From positions 124,001-188,000 of IMG/VR virus record IMGVR_UViG_3300033233_000001: a stretch of 64,000 bases of DNA; one strand, written 5' to 3'. The notes beneath the pieces are model-generated. The model was not told where the DNA came from. It was given only the letters and a program-made list of their open reading frames with translations, and searched no databases. The translations under genes and the position numbers were made by a program. Below are positions 1 through 8,957 of the stretch, in pieces. Position 1 is the stretch's first letter, and each line of letters begins with the position of its first letter.

Positions 1-630
1 TCAGGAACTTGAATAGTTGTCCGAGGCAGTGCCCTGTTCCGGCAAGCTCTTGAGCGCGCACAGACGGCACGTAGCCAGGATGGCCGCCGTGCCAGAAGTT
101 GACGTGATGCCCGAAGGCCGCGATGAAACCGTCCTTGAAGGCGTGGTGCTCTCGATAGCGAACCCAGTCGCGCGCTCAGAGTATCCGCCCCACTCGTTCT
201 TCGGCTCCTGCGGCACGAAACTGTTGTCGTGGTAGAGCGGCCTGCCAGCAATGCGCTCGAACAGGTTGAGGTACGCAGCGTGACAGCCGTGATCGACGGC
301 GGGGTCAGCGACGCGCGTGGTCTTGGGCCAGACGTGAACGCTCATCCAGGGGGCGGCGAGGATGCGTTGAAGCTGCTGGAACTTCTCCTCGAACTCGGCG
401 TTCGTCTCGGTCGTCGCCCACTTGTAGCAGGAACCGTTGGGCCACGAGTACTGATGATGGAGCTTGAGCCCCACCGTACGCGCGGCGTTGTACGCGACGT
501 TCTCGACGAGCGTCAGCAGCTTGTTCTCGGCGTCTTCGTCTACGGCCAGCTGCACGTGGATGCCGTCAGCAAGCGAGCCGAATCCGCGCGGCGCTGACTG
601 GTAGCGGAATTGGATCGAGAAGTATTCCAC
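1..630 (-). CDS. hypothetical protein
   Basis: Long ORF. The upstream TTGACG-17-TACAAA promoter suggests a GTG start at 630 rather than the ATG at 639. Confidence 0.55.
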   Translation of the reverse strand: MEYFSIQFRYQSAPRGFGSLADGIHVQLAVDEDAENKLLTLVENVAYNAARTVGLKLHHQYSWPNGSCYKWATTETNAEFEEKFQQLQRILAAPWMSVHVWPKTTRVADPAVDHGCHAAYLNLFERIAGRPLYHDNSFVPQEPKNEWGGYSERATGFAIESTTPSRTVSSRPSGITSTSGTAAILATCRLCALKSLPEQGTASDNYSSS

Positions 631-1424
631 GCTGCGCATTTGTACCCGGTGTCGGACATGCCGTCAAGAGAGCTTGCGACACGCCGGCCACTAACCGGAA
701 CAAGGCTCTCCGGCGCAGTGTCGTCGGTAGGTCTCCTGCATCCGCTTGATGTCCTTGTCGTCCAGCGGCTCGTGCCAGCCCCAGTCCGGCCGGATGTCGA
801 GGTGGATGCCGAGATCTCCGGCTGCGTTCCGCAACGCGGACTTAGCGACGGCGCCGGCTTCCTTGTGCGTCTCGGCTGCGACGACGAGTCTGATGGACGA
901 CGGCCCCATTTCTTCGCGTGGCACGGCTCAGGCGACGCCTGGTTCGAGAGCCAGAAGAATGCACAGATTTCTCAGGTCGTCGTGCGGCGCGTGTTGTAGG
1001 TCCCACCAGTACTTCATCGTGCCCTCCTGTGCGATCAGAAGACCGAAAAGTGCGCAAGTGTCCCGTAGGCGGAGGACTCGCACTTCCCGCGGAAGAGCGC
1101 GTGCGCCTGCTTCAGTTCGGATTCGTCCGGCCATTTGTGCCGGTCGCGTGGCCACGCGCAGACGTAGAGGGCGCGCATCCCGCGCACCGTGTGCGCCGTG
1201 GCGTGGACCGACTCGGCCCAGGACGGGAGCCGCTGCACGGCGAGCGCGAGATAGGGCTCGGCGGCCGGGCCTGTGCCCGCGGGCATCTCGGTCCAGAGCG
1301 CGGGCTCGACCGCTAGCCAGTCGATTGCTGCTCGTAGCGTCATGTGTCGGACAGTACCCGATTGCAACGGCCGACGTCTATGGAGGTGAGACGCGCGGTA
1401 CCTGGACTTGGAAGGCGGCGTGCG

Positions 1425-1646
1425 ATGGGCTGGATCTCGGACAGGAAGATGCGCTCTGGCTCCGGCGTCGGCGGCAGGCGGAAGGGCCGCGTCTACGCGA
1501 AGGACGGCGCGCCGCTGCGGAAGGTCGTCGCCATCCGGTGGCACTCGGGCTCGATGTTCGTGCCGGACCGGGTGGCGCTCGAATGCGGGCACGAGGCTGA
1601 ATCGTGGGGAGGCGTGCGAGCGCGGTGTCCGGCCTGCAAGCCGTGA
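1425..1646 (+). CDS. small Zn-ribbon protein
   Basis: LECGH...CPAC motifs. Confidence 0.45.
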   Translation: MGWISDRKMRSGSGVGGRRKGRVYAKDGAPLRKVVAIRWHSGSMFVPDRVALECGHEAESWGGVRARCPACKP

Positions 1647-1846
1647 GGTTGCGGTCGGCCGGCGGCGATGGTACCGTCCGCAGACCATGCACGACAACGC
1701 CAAGACCTCCGAGCCGATCGCACCGACGCGTCCGCGCGTGCTGCTCGCGTGGCCCGAGGGGCGCGGACCGCTGCTCGCCGGGCAGCCGGCGCGGTGCCGG
1801 GTCGCCGGTCAGGCGCGCGGGCACTACGCGTTCGCGTGAGCACCGC

Positions 1847-2908
1847 GTGTCCTGGGACCTCGTCGAGTCTCTCCGTGGCCCGGAGGGGTATCGGCTCGTA
1901 CTGAGCCTCGGCGGCGGCGACAGGAGACGAGGCGAAGAGATTGCGCGTCTGATGGCCGCGTTCTTCGCGAACAAGCCGCCAACCACGCGTCGCACGTATG
2001 GTTACGGGGTCCGATACTTCCTGGATCTGGTGCAGTGGAAGGACATCCGCACTATCTCGTTGGCTGATGCGGTTCTGTACAAGCGCTATCTGATGGAGCC
2101 AGAGCGCAAGTACAGCAATAGCACGATCTGCACATATTTGGCGGCCATCGACAGCTTCCTTGCGTTCTTGACGAGGCCGGTTGGCGACAACGCAGCGCAG
2201 GTGATTCCGCGGAATCCATTCGACTTCATCGATCGCAAAGACGTGTCGCCGACGGCCTGGGCAAAGTCGCATTCCGACGCGGTAGCGCAAGATGACCTCA
2301 AGAGGATGCTCGACGCTCTGCCGACCGACCCGGTCGGCATGCGTGACCGAGCCGTGCTCGTCTTCCTGGCCAAGACTGGTCGCCGTCGTTCGGAAGTGGC
2401 AGGCCTGCGTGTCGGCAATCTCATCAACGTCAACGTTGAGGGCGTGCGTCCGAGTTATCGCTGCAAAGTGAAGGGCGGCAAGGACAAGGAGTTCGAGTTG
2501 CCCGCTGAGGCATACGAGGCGATGCGTGTGCATTGGATCAGCAGCGGTCGCCTCGACCGACTGAGGCCCGAGAGCGCGGTGTTCGGTGAAGCGGCTCCTT
2601 GCGCGTTGTCGGTCGGGCTCGACCTAGAGCGGCCGCTCCATCATACCGTGATCTGGAAGATTGTGAAGAACGCCGCGTCGCGCGCCGGGCTCGATCCGAC
2701 GAAGATCAAGGTACATGGCCTTCGTCACATGGCAGCGCGGACTCTGAACCGCGGCGGCGCCCGTCTCCAGGACATCCAGCAGTTCCTTGGTCACGAGCAT
2801 CCGAACACGACCGGTCGCTACCTCGGAAAGCTCGAAGGGCCCGCGCCCGCGCTCACGGAGTACATGGAGCGGGGTCGAGAGGCGGAGACGACGGGCCGGG
2901 ACGGCTAG
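1847..2908 (+). CDS. tyrosine recombinase/integrase (XerC/D-like)
   Basis: RDRA..TGRRRSE, KGGK, HGLRH and LGHEHPNTTGRY give the R-K-H-R-H-Y catalytic set; start uncertain. Confidence 0.93.
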   Translation: MSWDLVESLRGPEGYRLVLSLGGGDRRRGEEIARLMAAFFANKPPTTRRTYGYGVRYFLDLVQWKDIRTISLADAVLYKRYLMEPERKYSNSTICTYLAAIDSFLAFLTRPVGDNAAQVIPRNPFDFIDRKDVSPTAWAKSHSDAVAQDDLKRMLDALPTDPVGMRDRAVLVFLAKTGRRRSEVAGLRVGNLINVNVEGVRPSYRCKVKGGKDKEFELPAEAYEAMRVHWISSGRLDRLRPESAVFGEAAPCALSVGLDLERPLHHTVIWKIVKNAASRAGLDPTKIKVHGLRHMAARTLNRGGARLQDIQQFLGHEHPNTTGRYLGKLEGPAPALTEYMERGREAETTGRDG

Positions 2909-3357
2909 CTCTTCTTTCGCGTGCGCTTCAGGTAGTCGGCCGCAGCGCGCAGGAGAGCGTCGTCATCATCGGCACTGCGCACGATGGCGGCGCAGGTTCG
3001 GCAGAGGAAGCCGCGCAGGTTTCCGTGCTGGTCGACGTCGGCGATCTTCTTCGGTGCACGCGCACCGTCGCTGTCGGAGCCGAGGTTATCCATGCAGATC
3101 GGACACGCGTCGCCCTGGCGCGTGAGCGTCTCGCGTCGCAGGACCGGATCGATCGCGGGCGTTGCTGCCGGCGCCTCTCCCTTCTTCTGTGCACGGTAGT
3201 ACGCGCGCAGATGATCGAGACAGAGCCCGCTTCGTCTGTCTGCGAACGCGGCGCTCCAGTCGAGGTTGCACTCAGAGCAGTGGACGAACGTGCCGCGCTT
3301 CCGTTCTTCAGCGGTCGGCGCGGTGTACGGCACCTCGGGCTTCCTCGGCCTTCCCAT
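2905..3357 (-). CDS. Zn-finger plus degenerate endonuclease VII-like protein
   Basis: QGDACPIC...RGFLCRTC...LLRAAADYL pattern, but the catalytic DH and N are replaced. Confidence 0.7.
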   Translation of the reverse strand: MGRPRKPEVPYTAPTAEERKRGTFVHCSECNLDWSAAFADRRSGLCLDHLRAYYRAQKKGEAPAATPAIDPVLRRETLTRQGDACPICMDNLGSDSDGARAPKKIADVDQHGNLRGFLCRTCAAIVRSADDDDALLRAAADYLKRTRKKS

Positions 3358-3366
3358 CCTCAGATT

Positions 3367-3392
3367 CTACCATTTCTCCGGCCAGAGTGCCC
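3367..3392 (-). promoter_or_regulatory. 26-bp repeated promoter element, copy 1
   Basis: GGGCACTCTGGCCGGAGAAATGGTAG, identical to 20643-20668; runs into extended -10 TGgTAGAAT 6 nt before the ATG at 3357. Confidence 0.6.
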
Positions 3393-3916
3393 CGTCCGCG
3401 TTCCCTGGCGCGACTGTCGTGGTCGGCAAGCCCTTCAACGACGCCGCAGAGCATCTCGGTCGCAAACAGGCTCAGCAGGTCTCGTCGGCCTCGAACGCGA
3501 AGATCATCCATCAGCTGGGCTACAAGTGTTTCGGTGTTCGTGAAGTAGACGAGCACTACACCTCGCAGACCTGTCCGGTATGCGGGGAGCGTCGCCGCAT
3601 GAGGCGAGAGTACGAGTGCAAGCAGTGCGGGTTTCGGGCCCCACGAGATGTCGTGGGGCTGACGAACATCCGCAGCATCGGCCTGCATGGGAAGATGGTC
3701 TTCCCTGCCGAGGTGCCGAAGCGGGTCGTGTTCGTGCGGCCTGCCTCGGCCTTCAGGCCGAGGAGGGTCACCACCGGGAAACTTTCTCGTCTGGAATACT
3801 ATTCGTCTGGAATAAGGGCACGCTCGATAAGGGCCACTAAAGAGATCGCCGACGCTAAAATAGCTTGTTTTCCGGCAGAAAACCTAGTAGAACGCGGGGA
3901 TGGCTCGGCCGCGTGA
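3393..3916 (+). pseudogene. tnpB: N-terminally truncated TnpB (RuvC-II/III and Zn ribbon)
   Basis: VVVG..VDEHYTSQTCPVCG..YECKQCG..RDVVGLTNI; no RuvC-I and no credible start. Confidence 0.75.
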
Positions 3917-4274
3917 ACTTCGTGTCCTGCACGAGGCTCCGACTGAAGAGGAGGAGCGCTTGGGGTCCTTCTTCGAGTGCGCTGGTTGCGATCCGCCGCG
4001 CCGCTGGCCGCTGCGATTCAAGCACTCGCGCGAGAAGCTCTGCGTGAACTGCGGCCGGGACTTGAACCGCGCTCGGAAGGAAGCGCGTCGACAGGACGCG
4101 CCTATGCCGCGAGTGCCGCAGACGCGCGCGATCGATCTCGGCGACGGGCGCGTGGAAGTCATCGACGCTCCGTATGTGGCGTCGCCAGAGGCGAACGCCG
4201 CAGCGGACCGGAAGGTCGCGGCAGCGACGCGCGGTCGAAAGTCGAACAACACAGCCGGGCTCGTCCGGAGATAG
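3900..4274 (+). CDS. Zn-finger protein, paralog of the N-terminus of 2905-3357
   Basis: MARPR..APTEEE..GSFFECAGC..W..F..R..LC aligns with MGRPR..APTAEE..GTFVHCSEC..W..F..R..LC. Confidence 0.65.
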   Translation: MARPRELRVLHEAPTEEEERLGSFFECAGCDPPRRWPLRFKHSREKLCVNCGRDLNRARKEARRQDAPMPRVPQTRAIDLGDGRVEVIDAPYVASPEANAAADRKVAAATRGRKSNNTAGLVRR

Positions 4275-4279
4275 GCACA

Positions 4280-4774
4280 ATGCGCCCGCGAGAGCCAGAC
4301 GACGTATACACGTCACCGAGCGAAGCCGACCGCGCTCGCGCCTCGAAAGTTGCGATGAGGTGCTCCTACTGCAAGTCTCCGCTGCATCGCGCGCCCGACT
4401 GCCAAGCGCTGGCCGACGCCCCGATGATCGGCGGCCACGACATCATCGTCGACGGCAAGGTCTCCTCGAAGGCGCCGGATTTCGTGCGCCTGCGCTTGTT
4501 CGCCGTCTGGCCGCGCGGCGTGGTCATGCGCGCCGACGACAAGAAGGAAGACCTGCGTCCGCTCTCGGAGCCCGCTCCGTTCTGGCGCACGCGTCCGAAG
4601 TCCGAGCTTCTCGTCTGGCGATTGAAGCGGCTCGCCGCTGCCGACTACCCGTACCCCGGCATGCTGCACCTGTTCTTCGGACCGAAGCAGATCACGCTCG
4701 TGGCCGGTGACGACACGCTGGCGCTGGCGCGTGAGATTGCCGTCGCGCTGCGTACGGAAGGATTCGTCCGATGA
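4280..4774 (+). CDS. CCHC zinc-knuckle protein
   Basis: CSYCKSPLHRAPDC fits C-x2-C-x4-H-x4-C. Confidence 0.6.
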   Translation: MRPREPDDVYTSPSEADRARASKVAMRCSYCKSPLHRAPDCQALADAPMIGGHDIIVDGKVSSKAPDFVRLRLFAVWPRGVVMRADDKKEDLRPLSEPAPFWRTRPKSELLVWRLKRLAAADYPYPGMLHLFFGPKQITLVAGDDTLALAREIAVALRTEGFVR

Positions 4775-5112
4775 AGACGCGTCGTCGCATCCGACGCGAG
4801 CGCGTCGCGTTGAATCTCTTCGCGCGCTGGATGTCGGCCTTGGCCCCGAAGGAGACGCTGGACAACTCACCGTGGTTCCGCGAGCGCGCCGCTAAGAGCG
4901 CCGCTCAGCATCGCGCTGACGTAAGGGCGAGCCCGATGTACCTGCTGAGTGCTCATGCTTGGTGCGGACCGATCCCGGAGCCGTATTGCGCGCGTTGCGG
5001 CACATGGGTAGGGCGGTGGCCGAGGTTTGCCAGCGCTAAAGACGTCAAGAGCCGTCGCTCCTGCCACTTCTGTTCCGAACGGTGCATGCGAGGGCTCCCG
5101 TGCCGCGACTGA
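4771..5112 (+). CDS. Cys-rich hypothetical protein
   Basis: ATGA overlap with the previous ORF; CARCG and FCSERC motifs. Confidence 0.55.
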   Translation: MKTRRRIRRERVALNLFARWMSALAPKETLDNSPWFRERAAKSAAQHRADVRASPMYLLSAHAWCGPIPEPYCARCGTWVGRWPRFASAKDVKSRRSCHFCSERCMRGLPCRD

Positions 5113-5804
5113 TCTTCGTCTCGGACACGCACACGATGCACGGCCGTCTCACTCAAGCGATCATCGCTGCCAAGGCCGACATCCTCGTGCACTGCGGCGA
5201 CTTCACCGGCACCGGCAGGCTCACCGAAGTCGGCGATTTCGCAGACTGGTGCGCGGTGCTCTTGAAGAAGGGCTACGTAAAGCGCGTCGTTGCCATCGCC
5301 GGCAATCATGATCTTCTCTTTGACGAGACGCATCCGCGTACGCGTCGCGACTGGCCCACTGGACCAGAGATGTGCCGCAAGCGGCTGCGTGATGCCGGCG
5401 TCGTCTACCTCCGTGACTCGGCGACGATGATCGAGGGCTTGGTCTTTCACGGTATCCCCTGGACCGGCCGCTTTTACGACTGGGCCTTTCAGATCGACTC
5501 GCCCGAGCAGGACGAAGAGGTCTTCGGCGGACTGAGGCCCGGCATCGACGTGCTCATGACGCACGGGCCGCCGCATGGCATCCGAGACCTCGTGCCGCGC
5601 GGCGAGAACACGGGCTCTCCCGCGCTGCTGCGCGCACTCGACCGCGCGCGACCGCAGGTCAACGCCTTCGGCCACATCCATGAGGGCTACGGCATGACGC
5701 TCATGCCCAACGGCGCCCTGTGCATCAACGCCTCGACGTGCACAGGCGACTACAAGCCGACGAACCCGCCGATCGTTCTCGATCTGGAGCCTCGCGCGCG
5801 ATGA
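5100..5804 (+). CDS. calcineurin-like metallophosphoesterase
   Basis: SDTH, GDF, GNHD, THGPP and GHIHE motifs. Confidence 0.92.
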   Translation: MPRLIFVSDTHTMHGRLTQAIIAAKADILVHCGDFTGTGRLTEVGDFADWCAVLLKKGYVKRVVAIAGNHDLLFDETHPRTRRDWPTGPEMCRKRLRDAGVVYLRDSATMIEGLVFHGIPWTGRFYDWAFQIDSPEQDEEVFGGLRPGIDVLMTHGPPHGIRDLVPRGENTGSPALLRALDRARPQVNAFGHIHEGYGMTLMPNGALCINASTCTGDYKPTNPPIVLDLEPRAR

Positions 5805-6369
5805 GAGCGCGCGAGACGCTCGTGCCCGGCGGCTGGGTGCTCTACGAGCCTGGCTTCGTGCGCTCGTCCGGCGCGCTCATGGAGGCCCTGCTCGCCGTCC
5901 TGCCGCTGCGTGCAGAGACTCTGCGCGTTGCCGGCCGGGACGTGCTCACGCCGCGCTTGGTCAGCTGGCACGGGGATCCGGGCACCTCGTACGCGTACTC
6001 CGGAAGCCGCTTCGAGCCAGGGCCCTGGCCAGCCGTGCTCGACGTGCTGCGTGCGCAGCTGGCCGAGGTCGGCGTGTTCAACTCGATGCTAGCGACGGCC
6101 GCGACTCTATCGGCTTCCACGCTGACGACGAGCCCGAGCTAGGACCGGCTGCGCCCGGCGACGTACTGATCGCTTCGATCTCGCTGGGCGCGCGCCGCCG
6201 CTTCGTACTGAAGAATCGGACGGGCGAGAAGCGCGAGTACCCGTTGGGACTCGGAGACCTCCTCGTCATGGGCGGGACGACGCAGCGGCACTGGGTGCAC
6301 GGCGTACCGAAGACGTCGCTCGCGGTCGGTCCGCGACTGAACCTTACCTTCCGGCAGGTGCGAACGTGA
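5801..6369 (+). pseudogene. alkB: frameshifted AlkB-family 2OG-Fe(II) dioxygenase
   Basis: The N-half (TPRLVSWHGD..YAYSG..FNSML) and the C-half (DSIGFHADDEPELG..HGVPK..RLNLTFR) are in different frames; junction near 6093. Confidence 0.85.
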
Positions 6370-6731
6370 GCGTGCCTGATATTCTCTACTATGGTTGCTA
6401 CGGGGAAAGCGGGCACCACTTCTGGACCGAAGACCTGTTTTTGAATCCGCGATGGGCCATGGTTACGAAAGAGATCCCCTGGGGCACGGAGGTCGACGGC
6501 GGACTCTGCCCGCGCGGCCGGCAAGTTCAGGGGCTCGCGCTCCTTCACCAGAAGGATGGGTGGACGGCGCTTGCGTTCTGGGATCGGAGCGTCGACTCTC
6601 GTCCGGGGTCGCACAGCGCGTTCTTGGTGCGCCAGACGCTTGACTTCGAGGCCATGGTGGCCGTGTGCAAGGAGACGTTCCCGCGGGTGTGGGACAGGTA
6701 CACGTTCGAGGTGGTTACGAGCGATGTCTGA
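6366..6731 (+). CDS. hypothetical phage protein
   Basis: GTGA coupling to the previous gene; protein-like composition. Confidence 0.65.
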   Translation: MSVPDILYYGCYGESGHHFWTEDLFLNPRWAMVTKEIPWGTEVDGGLCPRGRQVQGLALLHQKDGWTALAFWDRSVDSRPGSHSAFLVRQTLDFEAMVAVCKETFPRVWDRYTFEVVTSDV

Positions 6732-6966
6732 CGAGGTCTATCTTCAGATCCACGCCGCCCTCGAACAGGTGCAGCGCGCGGAGCCGCACCATGGGCAGAT
6801 CGGATCTGTGGACAAGGACGGCGCGCGCATTCCGATCGACCTCATCTGTCGCGACTGCTCCTCGCGCCGGCCGTGCTGGAAGATCAGCCTCGTGCTCGGC
6901 GACCTCGGCAGCGGGCGCCTCACCGACGAGCAGGCGCTCGCTGTCGTCGAAGACGCGCGACGATAG
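6724..6966 (+). CDS. hypothetical protein
   Basis: Overlapping ATG start (MSDEVYLQ); CxxC motif. Confidence 0.55.
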   Translation: MSDEVYLQIHAALEQVQRAEPHHGQIGSVDKDGARIPIDLICRDCSSRRPCWKISLVLGDLGSGRLTDEQALAVVEDARR

Positions 6967-7000
6967 CGAAGACAACCAGCTGGCGCTGATCTGAGCGCCT

Positions 7001-7192
7001 CGCGAGCGGCCCCGATGCTCTCAAAAGTACCGGACCCGCTCGCAACGACCGAAAAGACGAGGCAAAACAAGCAGATGTCGGATACTGGCTGGACGAACAC
7101 GGGCCTGCTGCTAGAGTCGACGAGAGACCAAAACGGACCCGCTCGCAAGACGGCACCGAATGCTGCGTAATGATTGGAGTTTTTCAGAGTCT
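7001..7192 (+). promoter_or_regulatory. CRISPR leader
   Basis: GCGAGCGG..CCGCTCGC inverted motif and a second GGACCCGCTCGCA ending 46 nt before the first repeat. Confidence 0.65.
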
Positions 7193-7376
7193 ATCGCAAT
7201 GGCTGCCCGGTGCCCTGAAACCGGTGACACGTCGGCGTCCTGCTCTGGTTTCAGCACGGCATGGCCGATCGCAATGGCTGCCCGGTGCCCTGAAACCGGT
7301 GACGAGGACAAGCCGACGCGCGCGTTCCAGCTCGGCCAAGATCGCAATGGCTGCCCGGTGCCCTGAAACCGGTGAC
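7193..7376 (+). CRISPR. orphan CRISPR mini-array (3 repeats, 2 spacers)
   Basis: Identical 36-nt repeats ATCGCAATGGCTGCCCGGTGCCCTGAAACCGGTGAC at 7193, 7268 and 7341; spacers of 39 and 37 nt. Confidence 0.9.
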
Positions 7377-7389
7377 TTGCAGTACTCTG

Positions 7390-7749
7390 TCATGGCTGGC
7401 TCCGTGGTGAGTCACTCGCGTGCATGAACGTGACCGCATCGATGGAGATCTGCTCCCGGAAGAGCTTCGATGCGTTCTGGACGGCCGCGCGCAGCGTTTC
7501 GACGTCCGGGCCGACCCAGTCGACGTGCATGAGCGAGTCGTCGGACGGCCGTTCTCCGTCGCCCTCGGGCCCCAGCGGCGGCGCCTCTCCGCTTGTCTCG
7601 TTGCGTGAGTACGCCGCGAGCGACATGGCCGCCGTGTTGGCGAACGCCCGGAACTCGTCGGTGCGAGACGTGAAGTCCGATCCGCACTCGAAGCGGACGA
7701 GCACGCCGATGCTGCCGTCGTGGTGCACGTAGCTGACGATGGTCTTCAA
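7390..7749 (-). CDS. truncated elongation factor Ts-like protein
   Basis: SYVHHDGSIGVLVRFECGSDFTSRTDEF..AMSLAA resembles the EF-Ts core (SYIH..IGVLVE..CETDFVAR..F..AMHIAA). Confidence 0.7.
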   Translation of the reverse strand: MKTIVSYVHHDGSIGVLVRFECGSDFTSRTDEFRAFANTAAMSLAAYSRNETSGEAPPLGPEGDGERPSDDSLMHVDWVGPDVETLRAAVQNASKLFREQISIDAVTFMHASDSPRSQP

Positions 7750-8177
7750 AGCGAGTCCTTTCTGTCAGGAGCTACCTGTCGGCGGCCCCACATGAAGCGT
7801 CTTGTTCTGCCTGAAACTGACGTCTCTGTCCACGTGTCTCGCCAGGGACCGCAGATCGTTACGGACACGGCGTTCTTCGTAGACTTCATGATGCGGTGCT
7901 CCAAGTGGCGCGGCAGGTACATGACGTCGCGGGTGCGCAGCCGGGTCTCGACGACAGCGTCCTGGCGGCGGATCTCCTCGGCGTACGAGCCGCGTAGCAT
8001 GACGGACCACGCGTTGAACGCGTGTGTGTGAAAGCGGTCTTGTTCGATCGAGTTGAACACGTTGAGGATGATGCCGCCGATGGGCTTGAACTCGAAGAGG
8101 GTGAAGCGATCGATGCGACCTTGTCCGAGGCGTACGCTGTCGAAGTGCATGAGCTTACCGTAACGACCGAGGCGCAT
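7746..8177 (-). CDS. cupin-fold protein
   Basis: FHTH..LRGSYAEE..HLEHRI motifs. Confidence 0.6.
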   Translation of the reverse strand: MRLGRYGKLMHFDSVRLGQGRIDRFTLFEFKPIGGIILNVFNSIEQDRFHTHAFNAWSVMLRGSYAEEIRRQDAVVETRLRTRDVMYLPRHLEHRIMKSTKNAVSVTICGPWRDTWTETSVSGRTRRFMWGRRQVAPDRKDSL

Positions 8178-8581
8178 CAGCGCGGATTCTTCGGCGCGCT
8201 CTCGATCGCGTTCTTGAGCGCGATGTAGACGCGATCGCAGACCGGCGATTCGTTGCCGGTGTTGGCGTTCGACTCGGCCAGGAACTCGCGTGCGGCAGCG
8301 AGTAGGATCTCGTAGGCACGCTCGGCCTTCTGCGCTCGGTCCAGCGTTGCCGATGCGTCACGGGTTGATGGGTCGATCACGGCTGCCATGCTGAGGTGTA
8401 ACGTCGCCGTCACTCCATCGCGGAGCGCCGCAAGCTCGCGTTCGGCCTTCTCAGCGCGAGCTTGCCATCCTAGCGCTTCGTCGAGTGCGTCGAACACCTC
8501 GGCCATTTCATGGGCCTGCGGGATGCCGCGCTCTTTGTGGCGAATGTCATCCAGCCGTTTGGTCAGCTGACCGACCGTCAT
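8177..8581 (-). CDS. hypothetical protein
   Basis: Coupled ORF in a minus-strand gene run. Confidence 0.5.
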   Translation of the reverse strand: MTVGQLTKRLDDIRHKERGIPQAHEMAEVFDALDEALGWQARAEKAERELAALRDGVTATLHLSMAAVIDPSTRDASATLDRAQKAERAYEILLAAAREFLAESNANTGNESPVCDRVYIALKNAIESAPKNPR

Positions 8582-8957
8582 CGCGCGCTCGCCTTGGCTC
8601 GACGAGTCGCTCGCCGCCGCTTCGGGGTGAGAAACCGCGCAGCCTTCCGCAGTTTACTGGCGTCGGTGGCGAAGTCGGTCCCGAAGCCGTGGAGGCACTC
8701 TTCTGCGTCGCCGAGGCGGCTGGCGAGCGCGTGAAGGCGGCTGCCGGCGCGCACGACGCGCTCCTCGCCATGTTTCCGCACGGCGAGGTCGAACTCGCGC
8801 CGACACTCGTACTTAAGCGCCGCCCGCCAGCGTTTGACGATGCGTTTCCAGGCCAAGAGATCGACGGCGATGGATTCTAGCTCCTGCGCGCATGTCTCGA
8901 TGTCGAGCACGCCCTTGGTGTCTCGCAGGTCGTCGTACGGCAGCTTTCGCGCTCGGG

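Noticed and set aside
1847-2908. Recombinase as part of a CRISPR-associated transposon with dCas12f
   Set aside because: It lies 43 kb away, with no linking att or end sequences and no tnsBC/tniQ in the window.
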